In this document: piece after piece, positions 33,901-47,500 of the stretch | Numbering within the stretch: the stretch's first letter is position 1 | Layout: every line of letters begins with the position of its first letter | DNA from: Anthoceros angustus | Lineage: Eukaryota; Plantae; Anthocerotophyta | Assembly (NCBI GenBank): GCA_010909165.1 | Contig: VJWM01000186.1 | Span: 372,001-436,000 of the forward strand | Reading direction: 5' to 3' | DNA length: 64,000 nucleotides | The notes under the pieces: model-generated | Told to the model about the DNA's origin: nothing | Databases searched by the model: none | Seen by the model: only the letters and a program-made list of their open reading frames with translations | Made by a program: the position numbers and the translations under genes

Positions 33901-34546
33901 CTGGACAAATATTTGGAGGCGGACATCATCTTTCCAATCGTAAGCAAATGGGTAGCACCCATTGTCGTCATGAAAGCGGCAAAGGCGGATCCGTGTCTTC
34001 GAGTTGGAGGAAACTCAACGCTCGAGAAGGACCATTTCCCCATGCCCTTCGTGGACGACATCTTGGACAAGGTGGGCGGGTGATGCCTCCTTCTTGGATG
34101 GATACTCGGCTACAACCAATTGCACCTAATTGAGATTTGGGATAAGACAACGTTCACCGGAGTGGGGCGTTTGCTAGCCAAGCGCCTTTGGGATAACGGG
34201 GCACCGGATCATTCATGCGGATGGTGACCAACGTCTTGAGGATTTTCGAGGGACTTCATGGGTATTCTTGGGCGACTTTTGCGTACATGGAGAGGAAGAC
34301 AAACACGTTGGGCACTGCGGAAGTGCTTGGGCGTTGTAAGGAAACCCGGTACATCCATCAGGAATGCTACTTTGGAATGAGGAGGGAATCCTGGGACACC
34401 GTGTAGCGAGATAGAGGTGGACCAAAGATAAGGTCGGGGTCATTCCGGTCTGCACCGCACGATGAAGAGCTGCGAGGATTCCGGCATGGTGGGTTATTAC
34501 AGGCGGTTCATCCGAGGACTTACATAAAAGCGACGCCAAGCCTAAC
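31000..34546 (+). mobile_element. Gypsy G1 gag, protease and RT (non-chromovirus, Athila-like), frameshifted
   Basis: LKDAFLERF (retrotrans gag), CCHC-like knuckles at ~31990-32300, protease DTG(S)GVNLITEATARRLGF, RT KWVAPIVV, KDHFPMPFVDDILDKV, MVGYYRRFI. Confidence 0.88.
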
Positions 34547-34642
34547 TATTGAATAGGTGTTCTCATTAGGGTTTGATATTACTAGATATATGTAGACAGC
34601 ATATAGATTTATTTTAACACCCTTTCATTAGGGTTACGCCCT

Positions 34643-37600
34643 TGTAAATGACTTTTCTTGATAGCCAGCGCGCACAATCCGTGTCGTTGTAGGAAGAAGT
34701 CCGTTCCCAAAGGGAATGATAGGCCCGTTTACGCGTTTGGTGATTCTTACCGTCCTTAGCGCTCGTTCGGTCTCAACACACACTCTAACTACTCTGGCGT
34801 TCACTCGGGGTATGGCCAAGCGTTTGAGACCCGTTCGCGTCCGTATCGTTCACACATCCTTCACGCATCCGGTCCTTTCCTCTCTCCTCTCACGCTACAC
34901 TCTTGATCTTAGAAAACAGCGATTCTGTGATCGGACCTCCTCCGTCGTTCCGGGCCTCTCGTCCGGGCTCTACACACCCTCCGGAGTTCCTCCGGCTCAC
35001 GCGTTCGATCCGTTCGGTGTCGGACGCGGCTCGGGACACGGATCACGATCACCCTTCCCAGCACACACACCACAGCAGCGTTAAGTCCGTCACGGGACCT
35101 TGATCAATCTCCCGGGTACATCGTGCTCGGTGACTCGGGACTCACGTTAGCAGAAGACTCACAAAGTGCGCAGCAGCGGCATCAACACCAAGAAAGATGC
35201 TTTACTAGGCGACCTCGGCCCTCTTATCTGCGCCCAAGGTGGCGTCTTTATTACACCCCTATTACGGTGATAGCCTCGGTATACCCTAATCGACGCCTAC
35301 CCTATCCCCCTATCTCCTTCATGGCTGGGAAGGTCCACAGGCCCGCCTCGGAATGGGTGGTCAATCCCCGTCACAGCGGTTGTGGTGCACCCAATCGGAT
35401 GATCCGTGAGGCGGGCCCCTCCTCTCCCGGAATCATCGGGTTGGGCTCTGGCGGTCGACAACCGCCCGTTACCACGGCGTCATCCTCCTGGCCCCTCCAC
35501 AGGTCCTTGGGGGTGGGGCCACCGGCTATCGGCTCCCCTAAGCGTAAGTCGAAGGGGCTCCTCCTTCTTGCCGCAGCCCGGTCCTCGAGGTCTGTCTCGA
35601 CTCACGAACTTGAGTCGGCTTATTCAGGTCCGGCCCGGCTAGGTCCGACCTTGTCAGGTCCGGACCTCGGTCGGTTGTCGGTCCGGACTTGGTCGGACTT
35701 ATTAGGTCCGGACTTGAGTCCGGACTTCTTAGTCCGGACTTGAGGTCCCTCAGTCGGACAAAGTCAGGACTCCTCCGGGTTTCCTCCCTCACGGGACTCC
35801 TCCGTGGCTCTCCTCGAAGTCCTCAGCTCCCGATCGCCCGTGGCTCGCCGTTGGCCCCTCCTTCCATGGTGAGGTGCGGGGTGCTTACCTCGATCGCATC
35901 CGCGCTCCCTCGTTCTGCTCCTCGGTTGCTCCTCTCGCGCTCCGTCATCTCAAGCAGGGGCCACTAGGGTCCCTGTCTTTGTCCCGTGGCCTTCATCTCC
36001 TTGAGCCTTCCGGTCCGTCCCGTTTGCGGCCGTCGAGGCTTCTCGCCTTGAGCTCGTGGTAATAGGCAAAGTCAGATCGACTTGTTGAATTGCCTCTTCC
36101 ACGTGTGCGGGCACCGATACTCCCTCGCCATAAGTGTTCGGAGGTCTTTGCCCGGCTTGTTGGGCCACCTCTCCCCAGTTGTGGTGGGGCCGGGCTGTAT
36201 CACGAGGCTACAAGGCCTCGGTCACCTCCTGCAATGTTGCTCACTGCTCCGGCTCCGTCGTTTCCTTTGCCATGCTTACCGCCGCCAGCGGCGTTCCCTT
36301 CCGCCTTTCTCGGTGGACCAGCGGCTTCTTTTACGCTTCCGGTGCTCGCGCTCCGTTCATTACGGCCTTTAGCTCATGACTCCTCTCAGCGGTGAGATAC
36401 CTCCGTCCGACTCGGACTTCCTCCGGCTCATACAGCAGCGTCCAACTCCTTGGATAGTCGCCGATTTTCCTCCGTCTTGAGACGGGCGGGCACTCTTTTG
36501 TGCTCGGTCGTGGATTCTCTCGTTGAGAATCACTGCGCTCAAGCGCATCTTGGGTTGTAGCTCCAGTGTCCTTGTCCTCCATCTGCTGCCGCCTCCTTCT
36601 ACCTCCTGCGGTGTACTCGGAGATCCCTATCTCCCGTCGGCCTCCATCTCCTCCATGGCCTTTGTCGCCTTGAGTTAGCCTCGGTGCCTGTGACTCTCTC
36701 CACGGTTCGATCACGTCATGTGATCCGGTCGCTCTTTCGCGGCTTCCGCCGCCGCCTTTACAGGCCTCGCCCACTTGGCGGCTCTGGGCCGCCTCCGAGT
36801 CCCGAGCTCTCTGCTTGTGCCGGGCCTCTTGCCTCTGCTGCGCTTCCCTCTTACGCAAGGTCCTCCGCGCTTGGCCTCCCAGGCTTGCTTGTTTGCCAGT
36901 GAAGAACCTTAACCCGATCTGTGAACCGGGCCTCGCGCTCCGCCACCGGCGTTTCCCCTCGATCCGGCGAGGGACTCCGCCTTTCCTTTGCCCCTCGGCC
37001 GCCTTCACTTGCTCTTGGGTTCCACCATCCTCCTCGGGTGGCCTCCACTTCACAGGTCTTCTCCATGTACCGAGACCCCAAAGCATTCCGTCCATGGCGG
37101 TAGCATTCGCCGTGTTTCTTCCACGGCCGGTGAGGCCCCACAAAGTCCGTAGTGGGAGCCGGCATTTCTCGATCAAGGACCTCCATACCGATCCGAGTAA
37201 GTCGGGGGGGTTCTCGGACCTAATCGGGACCCTCGGGTCACGAGTGGTGGTCGAGTCTCACCCTCTTGGCCCTCTTGGCCTCTAACTCCTTTGTGCCCTC
37301 TTTCTCCACAGGGCTCGGAGGAGGTGAGGGGTCGGGAGCAAGCTCTTTTGCCCCTTCACAGCCGGGGGCAGGGGGCTCGAGGTGGGGCTGCCCGGTGACC
37401 TCCTGCTCCTTGGGCCACGTCCTTCGCCCTCCTTACGCCTCTTGACCTCTTGCCACTCAGGGGCGGGGGTAAGTCACTTAGTCTTTGCGTTGGTAAGCGG
37501 CACCGTCTTCGCCTCTTGCTCCCGGAGTTCGTCGGGGCTCGGTGTCGTTGTTGGTTTGTTACCGGTGCCGGGGCCATAGCCCTCGCATCGGCTCCCTCTG

Positions 37601-39029
37601 TCCTGCTCGGAGGGCACCAAAAGGAGGAAGGGAATCGCCTCCCAAACTTCCACAGGTGGTGAGGGGTTCGCTCGGCGTAGTCAGGAATCCCTCGTCCTCC
37701 TCCTCCGAGTCTTGGTCTTGAAGGGCGACCCCCACCTCAGGCGCCCTTGCACGCTCTACAGCGGGGCCTCCGGCCCCGCCGGGCGCCCGCTCAAGCTCTC
37801 CTCCTTGAGCTCGAAATGTCCCCATACATGAATCGGGTATGGGGTCGGCCGATGGCGAGGCTTCGCTCCTTAGCTTGCCTCCTGAACCGGGCGAAGATAA
37901 TCCTTCCCAGTCGCTCTCTTCCCCTGGGCGCATGCGAGAATACCAGCAGTTATCACCAAGGTGATCCACCTTGGTGGCGAGTTCAATGGACAATGATCCG
38001 GGCTACCGCCCTTACTCGGCATCCGGCGGATCGGATATCAACCATCCGTTGGTTGTCGCTGCGTTCGAGCCTCGGCCGCGGCGTGGGCCCTATCTTCCCC
38101 TTCGCCTTAAGGGGCTCGCACACGCCCCTTCTTCCTCCTTGGCGGTTGTAGGCCATCCTCGGGACCTCAAGGTCCATCGCCTCGGGTCCTCCGGAGGTTC
38201 TTGGATCGGACCTCCTTGTTGATCGCCGCGGCATCTTCGGGCAAACTCCGGACTAGTAGCGTTGTCAAAGGTCGACCATTTGGAACACGTCCAGATGCCA
38301 CTCCACCAATTCCCTGCTTCCTCCGGCCGGGGCCCGAAGTCCGGATAGCGCGGGTCACAATGTTTGCGCTCCACGAGGTCCATGGCTCCCAGACTTGGCT
38401 TTTGGGTGCCATTGCTTTCTCCTCCTCTCTTCTTTGGCTGGCGGCGGTCCGGCACGATGTTCCTCCTTCGCCCGCGTTGTTGCTCCAACCTTGACGGTGA
38501 CGCTCTAAAGTGGCGCCCAAAAGCGCGAGCGGATTGCGGGCGCAAGGGTGAGGGTATGCGGAGGCGGCGAAATGACCTCCCTCCTTGGCGCGCTTGTGGA
38601 AGTGCTGGGCGGGCGCCTCTTCGTTGTCCGTAGCGCGAGTGCATGGCTTACTCGACCCTACGCTTCCCGGCGCCGCGCGGCCGCGGGCGTGAATACCTGC
38701 CTGCGCCTCAGCAGGAGTCACAGCCTCTGCATGCCCGACCTCCACTCGGGGCCGTCCACGTGGCGCCGCCTCGTCATCCTCACGCCTCCGCTCCTAGGTT
38801 ACTTTCCGCGTACTTATCCTATTTTGACTGGGTGGGTTCGGACTTATCCGTTACTCGGCGTAGTCGGAGCTTGCCATAGTGGTGCAGGTCCGTTGTTCAC
38901 TCAGTCGGAGTATACTCGAGCCTCGTCCGGCGCTACCCCAATTTATTCCTCCTTTTCCGCCTTATTTATCCTTCAATCCTAAAAAGCGAAACCCTACTTA
39001 TTTCTTAACTCCCGAGTGCATAGCCCACA
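34643..39029 (-). repeat. G2 3' LTR (4387 bp)
   Basis: Begins immediately after the PPT and is colinear with 44575-49226. Confidence 0.9.
35620..38412 (-). pseudogene. LTR-encoded long ORF in the G2 3' LTR
   Basis: MAPK..VWEPWTSWSANIVT, AAINKEVRSKNLRR, TKVDHLGDNCWYSR, then a coiled-coil region. A matching copy lies in the 5' LTR with ATG at 48595. Confidence 0.65.
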
Positions 39030-39049
39030 TACTCCCTTCTCTCATTGGC

Positions 39050-42000
39050 GTCTCCGCCAACACTATGATACTTCTTCACCCGCCACCCGTTTACCGAGTG
39101 GGCAGCTCTCCATCTAGGCGCCGTGGACGGACCCGTTGTCATATACTTGCACCACTTAGTACGGACCCATCCATCTCGGTGAAGTTTGCGGAAAATGCAT
39201 GTTGACTATCATAAAGGAGGGCGGTCCCTTCCTTTACATACTCACGATTCCATGATCGTGATCGTGCCAAATCTTTTGGTTTTGCACCTGCATCTTCAGG
39301 TGAGCTTCTTCCCATCCTCATGTCTTTGCACAAACCCCAAGAGTCGCTCGGTGGCTTTCCTCTTACGTCCCTTCCATCATTACTCGAAAAGTGGGCACTT
39401 CAAACTCTCGGCATTACGGAGAGTGTCGTAGGTCAAGTAAGGGTCCGTTGTGTGGTCACCTTCTCTGGTCCGGGCATACAGTCGGATGGACTTGGTATCC
39501 GATCATGGGCGTAGTTCACGTGAGTTTATTGATCTGCGGATGAGCCCATTTGTCTTCTCTGTCCCCATTGGCCTTAGGATTGTAGGGTGCCGTCTTGCGA
39601 TGATTGATGCGAAATACTCCGTCATGGCGGCCACCACATCATTAAGGAAATGGGTTCCCCTATCACTTACCAAGCTGCGGACATCCGTGCGGGTTATGAT
39701 GTTCTCGTCAGAATTTGGCCACGGTATTTGCGGAGTCCGTTCTTGCATACCGCCTCTACCCACACAGTGCGATGGTCCGTTGCCACCGGGATGTATCTCC
39801 TTTGTGTGTGTCTTGTCGTGGTGTATGGGTCCAACAAAGTCAATACCCCACTTTTCGAAGGTGCGGTGCCAATATCGGTACTAGCGGCCACGTGTCGTCG
39901 GGGTTGGCTTTCCGATCGGGACAAGCATCACACTTCTTCCTAAGCGGTGGGTGTCCCCATACATTGTTGGCCACCGGTATCCGCTTCAAAATCTTTTGGT
40001 GGTGACTGTCTTGCGTAGTGTCCACCCCAATCCTTCGTGCATTCCCTTGGGCTCCTGTCTGCGGTTGCAAGTACCTTCGTTCTACTCTCGGCCCTAATTT
40101 GAACACACACCGTTGTACATTGAAGGGTCGAGCATAGTGCGAATGCCTCCCTCATCCGAGTCGGTTGAGAGCTCCATTCCCAGTACCGCTCTATTTCTTC
40201 GTGGGTCGGACGACGGCGGCCCTCCTTCTCCGCACTAAGGCTGCCAGTTCTCGTAGCTTGGGGTTCGGTCGGTGGGCTCCTCGGTTGTACTACTGCGGCA
40301 ACCAATGTCTCATCCAGGAGCGCATCTTCACGATCTCTCAACACACACTCTGTTTTCAATCGTGAAATCGCATTTTGGTCTTGCCTCCCTTGTCTTGTTT
40401 CCACTTGACGTGAACTCCTGCGGCAACAATATCCACCTTGCTATCCGTCCGGACGGTCCGTCTTATTCACCGGATGCTTGAGCAAAGTGGTCTACATAGA
40501 ACACAAACTCCAGGTAGTAGGTAGTGTCGAATTTCTTGGACATATACCATACCCGTGCTTGGCCTCTGTTGTGTATTTTCGTTCGCGTGGGTGGTATCGT
40601 AGTATACGGGATAATCCTTGTCGTCCTTCGGCCTCCGATAGCAAAGCGGACACATCTACATACACATGAAATTTCTGCTCGATCCGGTCCTCTTAGGACG
40701 TGCGCCAAGGTGTTACGCCCGAAGGCCTCCTCTCGCTCCACACCGGTCCAAACCTCCTCCTTGATGATTACATCAACTTAGCGCCCTCGCAAAGTCCTTA
40801 ATAAACCGGTAGTATCCCACCATTCGAAACCTCTCGGCTCCTTTAGGTTCGTGTTGGAGGCGGATGACCGGACCTTGTCTGGTCCACCTCGATTCCAGCG
40901 GCACCCGATGTCACAAGATTCCTCCTCATTCCAAAGTAGCATTTCTCGGGTGTAGGCTCAATTGAGTCTCCGGCGCTCAAGCACCTTCTTAGATGCCCAA
41001 GGTGTTTGTCACCTGCTCCCCATGCACACAAAATCATCCAGAATATCTCCATGAAGTCCCTCGAAGTCACGGAAGGCGTTGGTCACCATCGCATGAGCGA
41101 CCACAGGCGCTCGGTCATCCCAAAGGCACTTCTCTTGTAGGCAAGCGTACCCCACTCGTAGTGAAGGTCGTCCCGGTCAAACTCCCTTAGGTGCAATTGG
41201 TTATATCCGAGTAGCCATCCGAGGAAGGAGTAAGTAGTCCGTCCAACCACCTTGTCCAAAATGTCGTCTGAATGGCATCGGAAGTGGTCCTTCTCCGTTC
41301 GTTGAGCTTCCTCAATCTTGGCATACCGAATTTGTCTGTTTCTTGGGAACCACCACATAGCGACCCACTGACCACTCGCTGTTGGCGATGGGGAAAATGA
41401 TGTCTGCCTCCGGTACTTATCAAGGACCTCCTTCACCTTGATCGAATACTTGGGGTTGAGCTTGTATTGTCGGATTGGGGCACGCTCCACGGCTTCAAAT
41501 CGATCTTATGCTCTCCCACTTCTTGAATGCCCTTCATGTCCGTGACCTTGAAGGCGAACACCTCATAAAACTCCCCAGCGCTTTAGTCCTTCCTTGGTCC
41601 GGAGGCATGCCTTTCTTAAACTTGAGAATTTTTGGCGGACCTCCACTTCTTCCACGTCGTCCGGGTTCACCGTCTCCGTTCCCTCGCTGCGTCCAAACCC
41701 CTCGTCCTCCTCTCGGGGATCGTCCTCGCATCCCCATTCTCTGAAGAGCTCGTCGGAGGTGAATCGTGTTACTCCTTGATGTCACTTTTCCTTGGTCCGA
41801 CTCTTGTTGTCTCCCCTTGTCTTTGGTCCGACCTCCTCTTCACTTCCTTCCTCCGGCCCGTTGTGGCGTTTACTCAAAACAATCAATCACTTCCGCACCA
41901 AAGGCATCCACGGTAGTCCATCTCCTCCTCGGACCCGGATCTTGGCGAAAGTCGCCTCCTCGGAACTATCTTGTTCGTCGCCGTGGAGTCCTCCATATAT

Positions 42001-44400
42001 ACCCTTGTAGTGCTCACGGTTTCCACAATAGGTGTCCTTGCTCCGGTGATAGCAACCTCCCTTCGCACCTTAGGGTCCCAGTCCACCGGCTTGAAGTGAA
42101 TCTCCTTCCTTCCAAAGTGTAGCTTTGCAGGCCAACCCGACCATGGCCGCCCAACACCTCATACCCTAATGGTCCGGCGGTTTGATCACAACAAAATCCG
42201 GTTTGTAGGGTGCGCTATGGTGGCCAAGACTCGGTTAACTCCCCGCGGATCTCTTCTTGACATATACGCCATTCTCGAGTCTTCGTTGAGGTTGAAGGAT
42301 GTGAAGCCCAATTTTCGTGCGTGGCGGTGATGAGGTTGACTCGGACCCGTGTCCAGCAGTACATCCTTGATGATACATCCAATCTCCACTTGTACCACTG
42401 CTGGCAGGTCCGTATGGGACACCACCCTCACTTCAACTACCCTTCACGGCTTTGGTGCTCATGTGGGTTTCCCCTAACGGCCCGGACCTCTTGTCGGTAT
42501 TTGGGTTATCCCTCGGTGTCGAGGAAAGGACTGGTCCGATTCATCATCGGTCCACATTAAAGGCGAGGCTTCTACCCCAATCGAGGATCCTGCTGCGTCC
42601 TCATCCTCTCCCGGGTCACCGTGTTACGGTATTCTCCGGATGCTTGCGCATTTCCTCCTGCAACATCTCGGTCACCTCCCGGACTACGTCCGGTGGAAAA
42701 CGTCGCCGTCGCGGGACCGTTCCTTCTCCACATCTGGAGAACTTCCTTGGGTAATCCCTCGCGAGCTGCCGTCCAGCCCTCCTTCATCGGTCGGATCCTC
42801 TGCTGGTATTTGGTTTGATTGCCTTCCTCGTGTGACGCTTCCGATCTTGTTCTTCTTCAAGCTGGCGCCTTTCTTCGCTCCTTCCTTGACTCTGATGACA
42901 CCTCAAGATTTCCATGACTCCCTTCCTTTCACCCCACCGTACCTTCTTGTTCTTTTCCATCTCGCGTACCTCAGGAATCTCTTCCCACTCCATGGCCCAG
43001 AGCATCTTGACTTGCCGTCAGTGCGGTCTTAGGAGGTGGCGTTGGTGGTCGAGTTCTCCGCTTGGTGTGGCATATCGTACACGTCCTTGTCGGGGTTGGG
43101 ACATAGCGTCTTGCTGTCATATGCCGGCCCTTGCATCGCCACCGGCTCGAAGTCCCCATTACCACCTCGTTGGAGTGCGGACACGCGTTGGAGTAATGGC
43201 GAGATTCCGTTCCAACGGACCACGGCCGTCGGAGGATACGAAGGGCTCCCATGCGGTCTTTGCATCGGTGGGGCCCGTTGTATTGGACCTCCGGTTGGCG
43301 GATACATGGTTTTGGGATATCGCGGCCCGGAGGGGCTTCACATGCACGATAGGCCTCTTCCTCCTCGGCCTCCTCCTCGTATTCGTAGTCCACTTGATGC
43401 ACGGCCTTGAGGCGGTTGGACTTCGAATGGCCGTGTTCTTGGCACCACGGCACACGCGTTCGCCGTGGTCGGTGTTTTCCGCGCTCGGTCCTTAACACAG
43501 TTTATCGCGGTCCTCTACTCTCTTTATCACTTTTCCGGGTCCTCCGCGGACACCGCTACCTCCTTTGAGGGAGTCGGGTCCGGAGCTTCTCGGACGATCT
43601 TGGTGTCACCACCTCCTTCTTACCACCTTCTTTTTAGCGGGGCTTTCTTGCTCTTCTTCTTGCGGGATACTCTTCCTCGCTAGAGACCTCCGTCTCTTCT
43701 TGGACTGCTCCTCCTCCGAAGACACCTCCGATTGGTCTTCCTCCTCCTCACGAAGACTCTTCCTCCTCGAGTCCCGAACCCCGTTTCTTCTTCTTCTTCT
43801 TGCCTCCTTGGATTTCTTTATCCTCGATGTAGCGATTCCTCGTAGTTTTCGGCCGCTCGACCGCCTTGCCACGTCCTTCTCGGCGGCGGGCGTGCACAGC
43901 CATGGGTTTGGCTAGACCGGCGCGAACCACCGTCCGCTTGCATCGTGGTATGGGTTGGATGCCGATCCTCGGGCATAGAACCGCTCGATGTCTGAGCCCG
44001 CTTCTCCTTCTTCCTCGCTTGATTTTCCAACTTTGATAATACCTCCTGGTGATCCCTCGAAACCGTTCTAAGAAGGCATTTTCAAAGCTTCAAGCGAGGC
44101 GGGTGGGGCATTCTCCGGTGGTCGGTACTTTCTCCGATACCATTGAGCGGTCCTCGGAGAACCCCTTGGAAAAGCTGGATGAGCTCGACTCCCTCTCCGT
44201 TGAAGTTGGCTTTGGACGAAGTCCTCCACAAAGGTCTCGCATCCCGCTCCTTCTTCCCTCCGAATATGGAGTCGCTTGTTTGGTCGTAGGGGCCATGGCT
44301 GCGCCATCGATGGGTTAGGCGTGGCATCCTACCTTCTTCCGTTGGCGTCCCTCGTACCCGTGCTCTTGGTCCGATTCGACCACGTTCTCCCTCCTCGATC
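39050..44400 (-). pseudogene. G2 gag-pol (gag, PR, RT, RNase H, integrase; no chromodomain seen)
   Basis: LKMPS/LEAFENAFLE gag region, HYSNACP knuckle, VLLDTG protease, IRQYKLNPKYSIKVKEVLDKY and KRSAFG RT, EFVFYVDH RNase H, SDRGTHFLNDVV integrase, C-terminal VNGWRVKKYH just before the PPT. Confidence 0.9.
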
Positions 44401-44574
44401 GGCGGTGCTCTCTCGTTGGGTTTGGCGTCTCTCCTCTCACGGCTCGGGAGGCACGCGAGGTGTCCGATCCTCCCACGGTTCACTCTTGGCCGTCGCTCGA
44501 CCGCCACGCATTCACTTACCTTCTCTTCCTAAGGGCGCACTGCGGCCTGACCGATTTCATTCCCGGCGCCAAAA

Positions 44575-47500
44575 TGTGGCGGACTTTTCTTGATGGCGGT
44601 AGGCGCGCACAATCCGTGTCGTTGTAGGAAGAAGTCCGTTCCCAAAGGGAATGATAGGCCCGTTTACGTTTGGTGATTCTTACCGTCCTTAGCGCTCGTT
44701 CGGTCTCCACACACATACTCCTAACTACTCTGGCGTTCGTCAGGCCGGTATGGCCAAGCGTTTAGGACCCGTTCGCGTCCGTATCGTTCACATACATCCT
44801 CACGCATCCGGTCCTTTCCTCTCTCCTCTCACGCTACACTCTTGATCTTAGAAAAGGCCGCGGGTTCCCGGACCTCCTCGTCGTTCGCGGGCCTCTCGTC
44901 CGGGCTCTACACGCCCTCCGTTCCTCCGGCTCACGTTCGGTCTCCACACACATACTCCTAACTACTCACGTTCACCGTCTCGGTATGGCCAAGCGTTTAA
45001 GGACCCGTTCGCGTCCGTATCGTTCACCGCCTCACGCATCGTCCTTTCTCTCCTCTCCTCGCTACACTCTTGGTCTTAGAAAAGCGCGGTTCTGTGATCC
45101 GGACCTCCTCCGTCGTTCCGCGGGCCTCTCCGTCCGGGCTCTACACACCCTCCGGAGTTCCTCCGGCTCCACGTTCGTCCGTTCGGTGTCGGACGCGGCT
45201 CGGGGCGAGCACGGATCGATCACCCTTCCGCACACCACAGCGCGTTAAGTCCGTCACGGGACCTTGATCAATCTCCCGGGTGCCGTGCACCTTTCGGTGA
45301 CTCGGGACTCACGTTAGCAAGAAGACTCACAAAGGTGCAGCAGCGGCATCAACACCAAGAGAAAGATGCTTTACTAGGCCTCGGCCCCTCTTATCTGCGC
45401 CCAAGGTGGCGTCTTTATTACACCCCTATTACGTGATAGACCGGTATACCCTAATCGGCCGCCTATTTCCCCTATCTCCTTCGCCGTTGTAGGTGGGAAG
45501 GTCCACAGGCCCTCGGAATGGGTGGTCCAATCCCCGTCCACAGTTGTGGTGCACCAATCGGATGATCCGTGAGGCGGGCCTCCTCTCCCGGAATCACAGC
45601 CGGGTTGGGCTCGGCGTGGTCGACAACCGCCGTTACCACGGCGTCATCCTCCCTGGCCTCCTCGGTCCGCGGTGGGGCCACCGGCTCCTCCCCTAAGCGT
45701 AAGTCGAAGGGGCTCCTCCTTCTTGCCGCCGGTCCTCGAGGTCTGTCTCGACTCAGAACGAGTCGGCTTATTCAGGTCCGGCCGGCTGGGTCCCCTCGGG
45801 GTCGGACCTCGGTCGGTTATTAGTCCGGACTTGAGTCGGACTTATTCGAGTCCGGACTTGAGTCGGACTTATTAGTCCGGACTTGAGGTCGGCCTCCCTC
45901 AGTCCGGACAAAGTCCGGACTCACGCCACCGGGTTTCCTCCCTCACGGGACTCCTCCGTGGCTCTCCTCGAAGTCCTCCCTGTTCCCGATCGCGTGACTC
46001 CTTCGTTGGCCCCTCCTTCCATGGTGAGGTGCGGGGTGCCTCGATCGCATCCGCTCCCTCGTTCGCTCCTCGGTTGCTCTCTCGCGCTCCGTCATCTCCA
46101 GCAGGCCACTAGGGTCCCTGTCTTTGTCCCGTGGCCTTCATCTCCTTCAGGCCTTCCGGTCCGTCCGTTTTGTGTCGAGAGGCTTCACGCCTTCAGGAGC
46201 TCGGTGGTAATAGGCAAAGTCAGATCGACTTGTTGAATTGCCTCTTCCACGTGTGCGGAGCACCGATACTCCCTCCGCCATAAGTGTTCGAGGCGTCTTT
46301 GCCGGCTTGTTGGGCCACCTCTCACCCGGTTGTGGTGGGCGGTATCACGCGAGGCTACAAGGCGGCCTCGGTCACCTCCTGCATTGCCAGTTGCTCACAC
46401 TCGGCTCGTCGTTTCCTTCCATTGCCCGCTTACCGCCATAGCGCGGCGTTCCGCCTTTCTCGGTGGACGGCGGCTTCTTTTACGCTTCCGTGCTCGCGCT
46501 CCTCCGTTCATTCGGCCTTTAGCTCCGCTCCTCTCCAGTGATGATACCTCCGTCCAGACTCGGACTTCCTCCGGCTCATACATGGCAGCAGCGTCCAACT
46601 CCTTGGATAGTCGCCGATTTTCCTCCGTCTTGAGACGGGAGCTACTCTGTTTCGTGCTCGAGTCGTGGATTCTCTCGTTGAGAATCACTGCTGCTCAAGC
46701 GCATCTTGGGTTGTAGCTCCAGCGTGTCCTTCTTGTCCTCCATCTGCTGCCGCCTCCTCTACCTCCTGCGGTCGGAGATCCCCTATCTCCCAGTCTTGGC
46801 CCTTACTCCTCCATAGCCGCTGTCGGCCTTGAGTAGCCTCGGTACTGTGGACTCTCCACGGTTCGATCACGTCATGGTAGTGATCGCTCTTTGTGACTTG
46901 CTCCTTCGCCGCCTTTACAGGCCTCGCCCACTTGGCTCTGGCCGGGCCGCCTCCGCCAGTCCAGCTCTCTGCCTTGTGCCGGGCCTCTTCCGCCTCTGCT
47001 GCGCTTCCCTCTTCGCTGCAAGGTCCTCCGCCCCGCTTGGGCCTCAGCTTGCTTTGTTCGCCTGGTGAAGAACCTTGGCCCGGTCTGTGAACCGCCGGGC
47101 CTCGCGCTCCGCCACCGTTTCCCTTCCTCGATCCGGCGAGGGACTCCGCCTTTCCTTTGCCTCGGCCGCCTTCACTTGCTCTTGGGTTCCACCATCCTCC
47201 TCGGGTGGCCTCCACTTCACAGGTCTTCTCCATTGCACGAGACCCCAAAGCATTCCGTCCATGACGGTAGCAGCCGTGTTTCTTCCACGGCCGTGAGGCC
47301 CCACAAAGTCCGTAGTGGAGCCGGCATTTCTCGATCCAGGACCTCCATACCACCATCGGGAGTAAGTCGGGGTGGGTTCTCGGACCTAATCGGGACCCTC
47401 GGGTCGAGTGGTGAGTCAGTCTCACCCTCTTTGGCCCTCTTGGCCTCTAACTCCTTTGTGCCCTCTTTCTCACAGGGCTCGGAGGAGGTGAGGGGTCGGG

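Noticed and set aside
34565-34575. Telo-box-like TTAGGGTTT in the C2 LTRs, and CTAACCCTAA in the C1 LTRs
   Set aside because: Single short motifs expected by chance in AT-rich LTRs; no telomeric array.
39030-39200. env-like ORF, chromodomain or extra RNase H after the G2 integrase
   Set aside because: The integrase ends (RVKKYH) about 20 nt before the PPT, leaving no room. No second RNase H was recognised.
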